From: Candidatus Marinacidobacterales bacterium
Lineage (GTDB): Bacteria; Acidobacteriota; Vicinamibacteria; Marinacidobacterales; SMYC01
DNA length: 64,000 bases
Reading direction: 5' to 3'
NCBI GenBank assembly: GCA_965224085.1
Contig: CBDCYI010000004.1
Coordinates: 1,056,001 to 1,120,000 of the forward strand
The notes below the pieces were generated by a model, which did no database searches, was not told the origin of the DNA, and saw only the letters and a list, made by a program, of their open reading frames with translations. Positions 1-9,365 of this stretch are shown one piece after another; position 1 is the stretch's first letter, and each line of letters opens with the position of its first letter. Both the position numbers and the translations under genes were made by a program.

Positions 1-96
1 CCCGCGAAAACGCGACCATTCGGATGCGAGAAGCGTCGAGGGAAGTACGAAAACGACAAAGACGAAACGAACGAGGCTGTGGCAGCCGAGCGCCAT
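1..96 (-). CDS. 5' end of a secreted PQQ/BamB-like beta-propeller protein (runs off the window edge)
   Basis: AAGGAGG RBS, then ATG at 96: MALGCHSLVRFVFVVFVLPSTLLASEWSRFRG. This is a signal peptide plus the W-x-x-F-R-G start typical of these propellers. Not in the ORF track. Confidence 0.7.
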   Translation of the reverse strand, partial: MALGCHSLVRFVFVVFVLPSTLLASEWSRFRG

Positions 97-127
97 CAGG
101 GCACCCTCCTTTCTCTGGCTGCGCAAT

Positions 128-185
128 CCTACCCCAGAAGGGCCTACCCCAGAAGGGCCTACCCCAGAAGGGCCTACTCCAGAAG
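128..185. repeat. 15-bp tandem repeat CCTACCCCAGAAGGG x3 plus a variant partial copy overlapping the DUF3179 stop codon
   Basis: Units at 128, 143 and 158, and CCTACTCCAGAAG at 173. Confidence 0.95.
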
Positions 186-1121
186 CGTCGTGTCCGGGTT
201 GTTCAAGCTGAAGTTGTACCAAAACGTGTCGAAGCCGGTGAGCGCTTCGACTTTACCGAAACTGCTCGCCTCTGGATCGAAAACAGCGCCCGTCGCTTTT
301 TCCGTCCACGTTCCGTCGCGCTCCTCGAATCCTGCTTCGGAGACGAAAGCATGGGTCGACTGAAACATCGAGCTCCCGCGCTTGCGGAAAAGAAACACGG
401 AGTGGCCGGCTTCGAGTGTTACGGTCTTTCCGTTCTCGAGATCCTTCTGCCGAACGGCATAGGCGACATTGTCCAAGTGGAACGCGAAAATGGGCGCTTT
501 CGTCGCGAGACGATCGTCCTTAGCAACTTGTCCTCGATAGCCTTCGGGGTCGTGGAAATATTGTTGGTAACCGTTGTCAGCGTGCTCTTCACCGTCGACA
601 GAGAGCACGAGTGTGTCGGGGTGCTTCGCGCGCCAATGACGCCACGAAACCCTCTCGCCGACAGGAAGCTCGATGAGCTTGTTCCCGGCCAATTCACCGG
701 CTACGGCCGCGCCTTCCATGATCGACCAGTAGGTATCGGTCTCTTGGTCTTGCATGATAGGCGAGCTGTTCTTGAGCCCGCCAGACGCTTCGAAGTTCAC
801 GGTCTTCCCTGCGTAATCACGGCTGTACACGACAGCCGCATTACCAAGTGGTCACCACACAGCAGCGAAGTTGGTCTCGCCGATTCTGTCGTTGACGATT
901 TCGTGACTGTTCAGCAAGTTGAGGCTGTAAGCGCGCGCTTGCCCGTCGATGACGACGCCGAGAACCCAGGCTCTGGGCGGCAGCTTCGCTTCGGAAGCGG
1001 GCACGTAGGTCGGCTCGCTGATGGCCGCGATCTGCCCACGTGGGATCACGCGCTTGAAGCCTTCGGGCTCCTGGACTCCGACCATCGCCGCCATCGCGCC
1101 GAAAAATGCGACAGGTATCAT
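174..1121 (-). CDS. DUF3179-family selenoprotein (Sec at TGA 854-852)
   Basis: ORFs 852..1172 and 174..830 are in the same frame and separated only by TGA plus 7 sense codons: HEIVND...AAVW-U-PLGNAAVVYSR. DUF3179 motifs present (ARAY, HEIVND, DQETDTYWS, W..W...HPDT, FWY). Start uncertain (ATG 1121 gives a signal-like N-terminus; GTG 1172 is the alternative). Confidence 0.85.
813..844 (-). promoter_or_regulatory. Putative bacterial SECIS hairpin
   Basis: GTAAT-GCGGCTGT-[CGTGT]-ACAGCCGT-G-ATTAC, beginning 7 nt after the UGA, with G in loop position 2. Confidence 0.7.
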
Positions 1122-1287
1122 GTACGTATTGTCGTGAGTCTCGCTCTCTTGCAGGTGTGAACTTGATAACACTTTCGACGAGTTCGAAGCACCCGGCCAT
1201 TTCTTTGACGGCGCTCACCCGGCAAAAGATAATGGGGCCTGCACTTCGGACGAATTCAGGCATCGGTTCACGAAAGCATAAGAAGAC

Positions 1288-3486
1288 ATGTTCAGAAAAA
1301 CTTTTTTCACGATATTCGTGATGTTCACGGGAGGCACGGGGGCGGGATCTTTCGCCGGCTCAGCCAGTGAAGATTGGACGGATTGGCGAGGCCCGGGCCG
1401 AGACGGCCATTCCTCGGAGACCGGCCTTCCCACGAGCTGGTCTCGCGATGGCGACAACCTCGCCTGGCGGGCTCCTTATGGCGGCCGCTCGACGCCCATC
1501 ATTCTCGGCGACCACCTCTATCTGCAAAACGCTGCTGGAGAAGGCGCGAGCCGGCAGGAGCGCATCATGTGCTTCGACGTCGAGACGGGCGAGCTCTTGT
1601 GGGAGCATCGGATCAACATCTACTTGAGCGACGTACCGCCTCACCGCGTAGGCTGGGCCTCCCCGGTCGCGGACGCGACGACGGGCAACCTCTATGTCTA
1701 TACCGTCGGTGGCTCCGTTTACGGGTTCACCGCCGAAGGCGCCATTTTGTGGAAGCGCTCGCTAACGGAAGATTTCGGCCTCATCACGACCCATGGCGGC
1801 CGCACCGCCTCACCAATCATCGATGGCAACCTTCTCATCGTGAGCGGTCTGAGCTCCGGTTGGGGCGAGCAAGCGCGCGGCGGCCAGCGTTTCTTCGCTT
1901 TCGACAAAGCCACGGGGGAAACGCAATGGGTCAGCTCTCCCGGTGGCCGCCCTTATGACACGACCTACGCGCCGCCTGTCATCGCCGACGTCGACGGCGT
2001 GCGACTTCTCATCACGGGCGGCGGCGATGGAGCGATGCACGCGATTGAGCCTCAGACGGGCGAGTCGGTGTGGCGCTTCGAATATTCCAAGCGTGGCATC
2101 AACACCGGCGCTGTCATCAAGGACAACATCGCTATCGTGAGCCAGGGTGAGGAGAACCTTCGCACGAGCCAAATGGGTCTCGTGGCCGCCATCGATGCCA
2201 CCACGCGCGGCACGATCGACGTCGACAGCGCGAAATGGTCCGTGGGCGGCTTTCTCGGGGGCTATTCTTCACCCGTCCTCGACGGCGACCACTTCTACCA
2301 GATCGACAACAGCGCCAACTTAAAGGCGTTCGACGTGGGGAGTGGCGCCGAGGAATGGACCTTGAACCTCGGCACCATCCAGCGAGCGTCCCCGGTTCTC
2401 GCTGACGGCAAGCTCTATGTCGGCACTGTCAACGGCACTTTCTACATTTTGGAGCTTTCGGCCGACGGTGCGTCGATCCTCGACCGAGACGAGCTGACGG
2501 CCGGTGACGAGTTCGAAGAGATTTACGCCTCGGTCGCGATCGCGGATGGCCGCGTCTATCTGGCCTCGGCGCAAGCGCTCTACGCGATCGGCTCGGCGCG
2601 CAAGGAATCGGCGTCCAAGCCGCGTTCCACCGCTCCGAGTGGTTCGCCCGGCGCGCCGGCCTCGGTTCAAGTCGCACCCACGGACGTAACCCTCGAGCCG
2701 GGTGGCACCGTCGAGCTCGAAGCGCGTCTGTTCGACGCGGAAGGACGTTTCGTGCGGGTCGTGCGGATCGGCGAAGCAACGTGGTCGCTCGAAGGTGTGG
2801 ATGGTGCGGTCGATGGCGGGCGCTTCATAGCGGCTGCGGGCAGGGCGCCCCAAGGTGGGAAGATCCACGCGAGTGTAGGCGAGCTATCGGGCTCGGCGCG
2901 CGCGCGCGTGATTCCGCCTCTTCCATGGAGCGAGAATTTTGACGCGCTCGAGAGTGTCCCGCGGCCGTGGATCAACGCGACCGGAAAGTTCGAAATTCGC
3001 GAGGTCAGCGGCGAAAAGGTGCTCGTGAAGAAGGCCGACAATCCCTTTCTACGCCGCGCGCGTGTGTATATCGGGCCTTCGGACTGGTCCGATTACACCG
3101 TGCAAGTGGATGTGTTGGCGACTCGTCAGCGCCGTCAAATGGGACATGCCGGCGTCATCGCGCAGCGTTATCTGTTGATGCTACTCGGAAGTCACCAGCG
3201 ACTCGAGCTGCAGTCGTGGCAGCCCGAGACCGAGCGCACCGCGAAAGTCTCGTTCCCGTGGGAGCCGAACACGTGGTACCGCATGAAGCTCGAAGTCGCG
3301 ACGCTCGACGACGGCTCCGTGCGCGCCCGGGGCAAAGTGTGGCCACGCGGTGAGGCCGAGCCTTCCGAGTGGCATGTCGAGCGGCGCGACGAGAGTCCCA
3401 ACCGTCAAGGGAGTCCCGGCATCTTCGCCGACGCGACACCGACCGAAGTGTTTATCGACAATCTCGAAGTACGAGCCAACGAATGA
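1288..3486 (+). CDS. Secreted PQQ/BamB-like beta-propeller protein with Ig-like and C-terminal beta-sandwich domains
   Basis: Signal peptide, DWTDWRGP start, repeated SP..DG.LY and TGE..W blades. Confidence 0.85.
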   Translation: MFRKTFFTIFVMFTGGTGAGSFAGSASEDWTDWRGPGRDGHSSETGLPTSWSRDGDNLAWRAPYGGRSTPIILGDHLYLQNAAGEGASRQERIMCFDVETGELLWEHRINIYLSDVPPHRVGWASPVADATTGNLYVYTVGGSVYGFTAEGAILWKRSLTEDFGLITTHGGRTASPIIDGNLLIVSGLSSGWGEQARGGQRFFAFDKATGETQWVSSPGGRPYDTTYAPPVIADVDGVRLLITGGGDGAMHAIEPQTGESVWRFEYSKRGINTGAVIKDNIAIVSQGEENLRTSQMGLVAAIDATTRGTIDVDSAKWSVGGFLGGYSSPVLDGDHFYQIDNSANLKAFDVGSGAEEWTLNLGTIQRASPVLADGKLYVGTVNGTFYILELSADGASILDRDELTAGDEFEEIYASVAIADGRVYLASAQALYAIGSARKESASKPRSTAPSGSPGAPASVQVAPTDVTLEPGGTVELEARLFDAEGRFVRVVRIGEATWSLEGVDGAVDGGRFIAAAGRAPQGGKIHASVGELSGSARARVIPPLPWSENFDALESVPRPWINATGKFEIREVSGEKVLVKKADNPFLRRARVYIGPSDWSDYTVQVDVLATRQRRQMGHAGVIAQRYLLMLLGSHQRLELQSWQPETERTAKVSFPWEPNTWYRMKLEVATLDDGSVRARGKVWPRGEAEPSEWHVERRDESPNRQGSPGIFADATPTEVFIDNLEVRANE

Positions 3487-4928
3487 AAGGCAAGACGAGG
3501 AAAAAGCTCGTTTGGGCCACCGCTCTCTCCGTTCTCGCGGCCATGGTCGCACTCAACGTCCACGCCGACGATTCCAAAGACGGTGATTGGACCATGTGGG
3601 GCGGCACCGCCGACCGCAACATGGTGTCCTCGATGACCGGCCTTCCCCTCGAGTGGGATGTCAATGCCGGCACCAACGTGAAATGGATCGCCGCGCTCGG
3701 CTCACAGACCTATGGGAACCCTGTTGTGGCGAACGGCAAAGTGTTTGTCGGAACGAACAATGAGGCGCTTTACGACAAAGAGATGCCGGGCGACAAAGGC
3801 GTTCTCGTCGCGATCAACGAGGCCGACGGTAAATTCCTTTGGCAAATGGTCAGCGACAAGCACCCTGCGGGCCGCGTCAACGATTGGCCGTTCCAAGGCG
3901 TTTGCTCCTCGCCGCTCGTCGATGGCGACGTGCTCTACTACGTCACCAATCGAGGTGAAGTGCTCGCGCTCGACACCGAAGGCTTTGTCGACGGCGAGAA
4001 CGACGGACCGTATCAAGATGAGCAATATAAAAGCCCGCATGACGGGGACATCATCTGGAAGTTCGACATGATGGAAGAGCTCGGCGCCTTCCCACACAAC
4101 ATGTCGAACTCCTCACCCGTGATGTATGGCGATTTGATTTTCGTGAACACTTCGAATGGACACGACGAAAGCCATGTCAACATCCCGTCTCCTATGAGCC
4201 CCGACCTGGTAGCACTCAACAAGAACACGGGCGAGCTCGTGTGGGAGAACAGCCCCGTGGGCGAGGCCATTCTTCACGGGCAATGGTCCTCCGCCGCTGT
4301 CGGTGACCTCGGTGGCGTCGCTCAAGTCGTGATGGGCGAAGGCGATGGCTGGGTACGCGGCTACGTAGCCGAGACCGGTGAAAAGTTGTGGGAGTTCGAC
4401 AGCAACCCGCCCGGGTCTACTTGGCCGAAGACGCGCAACAATATCATTAGTACACCAGTGCTCTACGATGACAAGGTCTATATCGCAAACGGTCAGGACC
4501 CGGAGCACGGCGAAGGGCTGGGCCACTTCTACGCTATCGACGCGACCAAGCGCGGCGACATCACCCAAAGCGGAAGCGTCTGGCACTACGACAAGATCCG
4601 CCGCTCGATCTCGACGCCGGCGATTCATGAGGGCATCATCTACATGCCGGATTTCAGCGGTTTCTTCCATGCGCTGAACGTCGAGACCGGAGAACCGTAC
4701 TGGGTGCACGACACTTTCGCGGCAGTCTGGTCGTCGCCCATGGTCGTCGACGGCAAGATCTATCTCGGCGACGAAGATGGCGATGTCGTCGTGCTCGCCC
4801 CAGGTAAAGAAGAAAAAGTTCTCGTCGAGATGAACCTCGGGAGCTCCGTCTACGGGACAGCGGTTCCCGCGCACGGCGTTTTATACATCGCGAGCCGGAA
4901 TCAGCTGTTCGCGCTCGCCAACGAATAG
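3483..4928 (+). CDS. Secreted PQQ/BamB-like beta-propeller protein
   Basis: ATGA overlap at 3483, signal peptide, DWTMWGG..DRNMVS, LGSQTYGNP, propeller repeats. Confidence 0.85.
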   Translation: MKGKTRKKLVWATALSVLAAMVALNVHADDSKDGDWTMWGGTADRNMVSSMTGLPLEWDVNAGTNVKWIAALGSQTYGNPVVANGKVFVGTNNEALYDKEMPGDKGVLVAINEADGKFLWQMVSDKHPAGRVNDWPFQGVCSSPLVDGDVLYYVTNRGEVLALDTEGFVDGENDGPYQDEQYKSPHDGDIIWKFDMMEELGAFPHNMSNSSPVMYGDLIFVNTSNGHDESHVNIPSPMSPDLVALNKNTGELVWENSPVGEAILHGQWSSAAVGDLGGVAQVVMGEGDGWVRGYVAETGEKLWEFDSNPPGSTWPKTRNNIISTPVLYDDKVYIANGQDPEHGEGLGHFYAIDATKRGDITQSGSVWHYDKIRRSISTPAIHEGIIYMPDFSGFFHALNVETGEPYWVHDTFAAVWSSPMVVDGKIYLGDEDGDVVVLAPGKEEKVLVEMNLGSSVYGTAVPAHGVLYIASRNQLFALANE

Positions 4929-4931
4929 AGC

Positions 4932-6041
4932 GTGGAATCTTTCGAGTACCGGCCCGAGCCGCGGGTAGTGTTCGGCCGCGGCGCTCTTGACCGCCTCGGC
5001 GAGCTCGCGAATGAGCTCGGCTTCGAGCGCACGGTGTTGACGGCCGATCCCGGCCTACGCGCGACCCCACACGTCGATCGCGCCCTCGGCTTGCTCGATC
5101 GCGCCGGTGTCGAAGTCTTCGTCTTCAGCGATTTCGGCGAGAACCCCGATACCGACATGGTCGAGCGCGGACACGTGTTCGCCGCCTCGAAGGACATCGA
5201 CTCGTTCATCGGCCTAGGAGGCGGAAGCTCGATGGACTGTGCCAAGGGCGTGAACTTGCTTCTCACCAATGGCGGGGTCATCCGTGACTATGTCGGCTTC
5301 GCAAAGAACCGAGAGCCGCTTCTGCCTATGATCGGCGTACCGACGACGTCGGGGACCGGAAGCGAGGCGCAATCCTACGCGCTCATCTCGGATGCGAAGA
5401 CTCATGTCAAGATGGCGTGTGATCTCAGAGAACGCTTTCACGTAGCTATCCTGGACCCCGAGCTCACTGTAACCCAGCCGGCGGCCGTCACCGCAACCAC
5501 CGGCTACGATGCCCTTGCCCATGCGGTCGAGACCGCGGTAACGACGAAGAGAAACGCTTTGTCCGATCTCTACTCCCGTGAAGCTTTTCGATTGTTGAAC
5601 GAAAACTACGCTCGCGTCCTCGAAGAGCCCGACGACCTCGAAGCGCGCAGCGCGATGCAGCTCGGCGCTTTCTACGCGGGCGTCGCGATCGAGAACTCGA
5701 TGCTCGGCGCGACCCATGCTTGCGCCAACCCTCTGACCCAACGCTACGGAACCGCGCACGGTCGCGCCATCGCGATGTGCCTGCCGAGCGTGGTGCGCTT
5801 CAACGCGGATGAGGTGGCGCAGGATTACGCGGCACTCCACCAAAGTGGCGAGTCGCTCGCGAGCCGTCTCGAGGAGCTTGCCGAGCTCGGAGGCCTTCCG
5901 CGCCGCCTCCGCGATGAGGGAGTGCCGGAAGAGGATCTTCCGGGCCTCGCCCGTGCGGCAACCAAGCAGTGGACCGGAAACTTCAACCCGCGGCCCTTCG
6001 ACGAAACGGCCGCCCTGGAGATTTACCGATGCGCCTACTGA
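4932..6041 (+). CDS. Iron-containing alcohol dehydrogenase
   Basis: GGGSSMD, PTTSGTGSE, DALAHAVE, LGATHACANP and HG metal-ligand motifs. Confidence 0.93.
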   Translation: MESFEYRPEPRVVFGRGALDRLGELANELGFERTVLTADPGLRATPHVDRALGLLDRAGVEVFVFSDFGENPDTDMVERGHVFAASKDIDSFIGLGGGSSMDCAKGVNLLLTNGGVIRDYVGFAKNREPLLPMIGVPTTSGTGSEAQSYALISDAKTHVKMACDLRERFHVAILDPELTVTQPAAVTATTGYDALAHAVETAVTTKRNALSDLYSREAFRLLNENYARVLEEPDDLEARSAMQLGAFYAGVAIENSMLGATHACANPLTQRYGTAHGRAIAMCLPSVVRFNADEVAQDYAALHQSGESLASRLEELAELGGLPRRLRDEGVPEEDLPGLARAATKQWTGNFNPRPFDETAALEIYRCAY

Positions 6042-7144
6042 TAATCCTCGCATTCCTGGCGGACGCGTCGCAAGAGACCGTTGCCCCGAAAGACACGTGG
6101 AATCAGTTTCGCGGAAGCCCGATGCGCACGGGACGCTCGGCCGCCGAGATCCCCGACGAGCTGAAGCTTCTCTGGAGCTTCGAGGCCGGCTTTTCCATTG
6201 ACTCCTCCGCCGCCATCGTCGACGACGTCGTCTATATGACCGCGCTTCCGGGGCTCGTCGCCGCGCTCGCCCTCGACGACGGCTCGGTCCGCTGGAAGCG
6301 CGATTTCGGTGAAGAGGAAGACCGGTTCGGGGAATCCTCGCCGATGGTGGTCGAGGGCACCGTCTACGTTGGCGACTTGCTCGGCGTCGTGCACGCTTTC
6401 GACGCCGCGAGCGGCGAGACCCGGTGGACATTCGAGACCGACGCGGAAATCAAAGCTTCTCCCGTCGTCATCGGCGACCACTTGCTCGTCTCGTCCTACG
6501 ACGAGCACCTATACGCGCTCGACCGCGAGACGGGCGAGCTTCAGTGGACGTTTGAAAGCCTCGGGCCTCTTCACAGCACGCCCGGATATGACGGCGAGCT
6601 CGTTTACGTGACGGGATGCGATGCCTTGCTACGCGGCATCGATCTCGAAGACGGCACCGAGAAGCTACAGATGGACTCGGGCGCTTATACAGCCTCCTCT
6701 CCGGCTCTAGTCGACGGCATCGCTTATTACGGAACGTTCAACAACGACGTGCTTGCCGTCGATCTGAAAAACAAAAAATATCTCTGGCGCTATGAGCACC
6801 CGACCCGCCACTTCCCTTTCTATTCCTCAGCCGCGGTGGCAAATGGCATCGTCGTCATTGGCGGCCGCGACAAGATCGTGCACGCGATCGATCAAGAAAC
6901 GGGCGCCTCGCTCTGGACCTACCGTACGGGCGCACGTGTCGAGTCCTCCCCTGTCATCGCGGGCAACCGCGCCTATGTCGGCTCCGGCGACGGCCGCTTC
7001 TACGTTTTCGAGCTCACGACCGGCGAGAAAGTGTGGCAGTTCGACGCCGGCGCTCCGTTCGTCGCCTCACCCGCGCTCGCCGATGGACGGGTCGTCATCG
7101 GCTCCCAGGACGGCATTCTCTACGCCTTCGGGGCGCAGAACTGA
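6029..7144 (+). CDS. Secreted BamB/PQQ-like beta-propeller protein
   Basis: ATG 6029 overlaps the ADH end. WNQFRG start and eight SSP...VYVG-type blades. Confidence 0.85.
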   Translation: MRLLIILAFLADASQETVAPKDTWNQFRGSPMRTGRSAAEIPDELKLLWSFEAGFSIDSSAAIVDDVVYMTALPGLVAALALDDGSVRWKRDFGEEEDRFGESSPMVVEGTVYVGDLLGVVHAFDAASGETRWTFETDAEIKASPVVIGDHLLVSSYDEHLYALDRETGELQWTFESLGPLHSTPGYDGELVYVTGCDALLRGIDLEDGTEKLQMDSGAYTASSPALVDGIAYYGTFNNDVLAVDLKNKKYLWRYEHPTRHFPFYSSAAVANGIVVIGGRDKIVHAIDQETGASLWTYRTGARVESSPVIAGNRAYVGSGDGRFYVFELTTGEKVWQFDAGAPFVASPALADGRVVIGSQDGILYAFGAQN

Positions 7145-7313
7145 ATCTGCAGGCTCAGCTGAAGTGACTATTCGGCAAAGGAGTCCCTCCCGTTTTTCAC
7201 GGAGAATCTCGCGCTCGACCGAGACATCCCGTAGGCTAGGGGTGCGCACAGGGGAGGGTGATGACGGACTTTCTAAGAAAACGGAGCGGCATAAGTGCGA
7301 CGGCCGTTCTGGC

Positions 7314-7652
7314 CTGGGACCCAATGTCCCCGAGCCGGTGGCGAGCGATCTGACGGTCGAACCCGCTTCGCCGAGGTACTCCTTTCCTTCGGAATTCCGC
7401 ATCGTCTCCTCACCGATTCTAGGCGCGCTCCACCACGATTACCGCTTGGCACGCGCCGCCTGAGTAGGCGAAGCTCTCAGCGGCCGTCTTCGAGACGTCT
7501 GCACTCCAGGACCGCTTTCCGCGGTACGACCGCACCATCGCGTTCGCGCCGTCGGCAACACATGCGTCGAGCTCATTTTCGTCGGCGCCAGGCGATCGAA
7601 AACCTCCTTCCCGGTGCCCGGCCACCGCATGCTTTTTTTTGCGGACGATAGG
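7314..7652 (+). mobile_element. Isolated 3' end (about 339 bp) of the rve-integrase element at 15456-16850
   Basis: Near-identical to 16512-16850, including the LHHDYRLARAA* coding tail and the terminal TTTTGCGGACGA(T/C)AGG. Confidence 0.92.
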
Positions 7653-7734
7653 TGGCATCACGTCGGCGACTCCAAGATCGGGCTGAGCCACTTGCCGCGC
7701 GTGGCGATCGATCTCGGGCGCATCTACCGGGGGC

Positions 7735-7800
7735 TCAGAGCCGCGCGGCGCCGGTGACGGTGGCGCGGTGGGTCTTCGATTTCAGGTTTTTGTTCTTCAT
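7735..7800 (-). pseudogene. panD: Aspartate 1-decarboxylase 5' remnant
   Basis: ATGA overlap with coaX. MKNKNLKSKTHRATVTGA matches the PanD N-terminus (LKSKIHRATVT), then similarity stops. Confidence 0.8.
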
Positions 7801-8567
7801 TGGTTGAGCTCCTGGGCGATGCGCACCCCCTCCAGAACGAGGTCGGGGTGAACGGCGCTGAAGATCCCGGCCTCGGCGAGGAGACCGGCGAATCCTCCGG
7901 TCCCGACGACCACCGGGGTGGTTGCTTTGAAGCACTCCCTGACGAGCTGGTCCCGGATCTCGCGGATCGCCCCCAAGTGGCCCCAGTAGAGGCCGGCCTG
8001 GATGCTCTCGACGGTCGAACGCCCGCAGATCTGGTCGGGACGGATGATCTCCACCTTGGGGAGGCGGGCGGTGTTTTGCTCGAGGGCGCGCATCGAGATG
8101 CTGAGACCGGGAACGATGACGCCGCCGAGGTACTCGCGCTCGGCATTGACCCCCTCGATGGTGGTGGCGGTGCCGAAGTCGATGATGACCAAATCCTCGC
8201 CCGGGTAGCGGTCGACCGCTCCGACGGCGCAAGCGATACGGTCGGCCCCGACCTCGGCCGGGTTTTTGTAGCGAATCTTGAGGCCGGTCTTTAGGCCGGC
8301 ACGAAGGATAAAGGGCTCGAGGTCGAAGTATCGGCGGCAGGCGTTGACCAGCGAGTGGTTGAGATCGGGCACCACCGAACAGAATCCGACCGCCGACACC
8401 GCCGCCGGATCGTGCCCGTTTTCGCGCACGACCTGCCTGAAGAAGAGACCGAGCTCGTCGGACGAGGCGCCGCGCTGGGTGATCTTTCGAAATCTCGACT
8501 GAAGACCACTGTCGTCGAAGATCCCGCCGTAGATCTGGGAGTTCCCGACATCGAGGCTGAGTTTCAT
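7797..8567 (-). CDS. coaX: Type III pantothenate kinase
   Basis: LDVGNS, SVVP, GADR, DFGTATT, GGVIVPG and GTGG motifs. Confidence 0.95.
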   Translation of the reverse strand: MKLSLDVGNSQIYGGIFDDSGLQSRFRKITQRGASSDELGLFFRQVVRENGHDPAAVSAVGFCSVVPDLNHSLVNACRRYFDLEPFILRAGLKTGLKIRYKNPAEVGADRIACAVGAVDRYPGEDLVIIDFGTATTIEGVNAEREYLGGVIVPGLSISMRALEQNTARLPKVEIIRPDQICGRSTVESIQAGLYWGHLGAIREIRDQLVRECFKATTPVVVGTGGFAGLLAEAGIFSAVHPDLVLEGVRIAQELNQ

Positions 8568-8614
8568 GAAGCATCTCCCTCACCGGCATCGTTGCGGAAT
8601 CTATACCCGGACAT
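8564..8614 (-). pseudogene. 16-codon mini-ORF (MSGYRFRNDAGEGDAS) bridging panC and coaX; probable in-frame deletion remnant
   Basis: Its ATG overlaps the panC 3' end and its TGA overlaps the coaX ATG. Confidence 0.5.
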
Positions 8615-9365
8615 TGTCGATCAACCTCACCTTTCCGAGGCGCACCGCTCCCAGGACGCGGTCGTCCCAGCGCTCGACATAGTCAACTCCGAAGCCGGCC
8701 CGCTCCAGCGCCTCGCGCGTGGCTCCTGGAGCTTTACCACCCGAGAGCACACGATGAAACTCGGGCGCCAGCCGCCGTTCGTCCTCGCTGAGGAGGACGT
8801 TGCGCGAGCTCATCGCCAGGCCGTCTGGCTCGCGCACCACCGGACAGGGCACGATCTCGGTGTCGAGAAAGAACGCCGCCGCCATGTCGCGGACCAGGAC
8901 GTACTGCTGCCAGTCCTTCTCTCCGAAGTAGGCGCGGTCGGGCCGGACGATCGCGAGAAGCTTGAGGACCACAGTTAGGACACCGTCGAAATGGCCGGCA
9001 CGATAGGCGCCCTCGAGCTCGCGGCTGGCGACCGACTCGGTGACCCGAAAGCGGTAGTCGTCGTGGTAGACGGCTTCGCTCGTCGGAAAGACCACGACAT
9101 CGGCGCCGACGCGTTCCACCTTTTGAAGATCGGCCTCGAAGGTCCTCGGGTAGGCTTCGAGGTCGGCGGGGTCGTCGTACTGGGTCGGGTTGACGAAGAT
9201 CGAGACCACTACGCAGTCGTTCTCGGTCCGCGCTCGTTCGATCAGGCTCAGATGTCCGTCGTGGAGCGCACCCATGGTCGGCGCCAATCCGATCGAGCGG
9301 CCCTCCTTGGCAACCTTACGCATCCTCCTGCGCACCTCGGCGATGTCGCGGAACACCTCGGTCAT
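8601..9365 (-). CDS. panC: Pantoate-beta-alanine ligase
   Basis: PTMGALHDGH, SIFVNPTQ, FGEKD, GLAMSSRN, RLIDN. ATGA overlap with panB at 9365. Confidence 0.96.
   Translation of the reverse strand: MTEVFRDIAEVRRRMRKVAKEGRSIGLAPTMGALHDGHLSLIERARTENDCVVVSIFVNPTQYDDPADLEAYPRTFEADLQKVERVGADVVVFPTSEAVYHDDYRFRVTESVASRELEGAYRAGHFDGVLTVVLKLLAIVRPDRAYFGEKDWQQYVLVRDMAAAFFLDTEIVPCPVVREPDGLAMSSRNVLLSEDERRLAPEFHRVLSGGKAPGATREALERAGFGVDYVERWDDRVLGAVRLGKVRLIDNVRV

Noticed and set aside
128-185. Short direct repeats as a CRISPR array
   Set aside because: The units are contiguous 15-mers with no spacers, and no cas genes are present.
24-1160. 378-aa plus-strand ORF
   Set aside because: Antisense shadow of the DUF3179 gene with no recognisable motifs.
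1288-7144. Calling the propellers PQQ-dependent dehydrogenases or true BamB
   Set aside because: Only the generic blade repeat is visible. There are no catalytic signatures, no clear lipobox and no bam/der context.
7735-7737. TGA after the panD remnant as Sec
   Set aside because: Not a Cys position, and similarity does not resume downstream.
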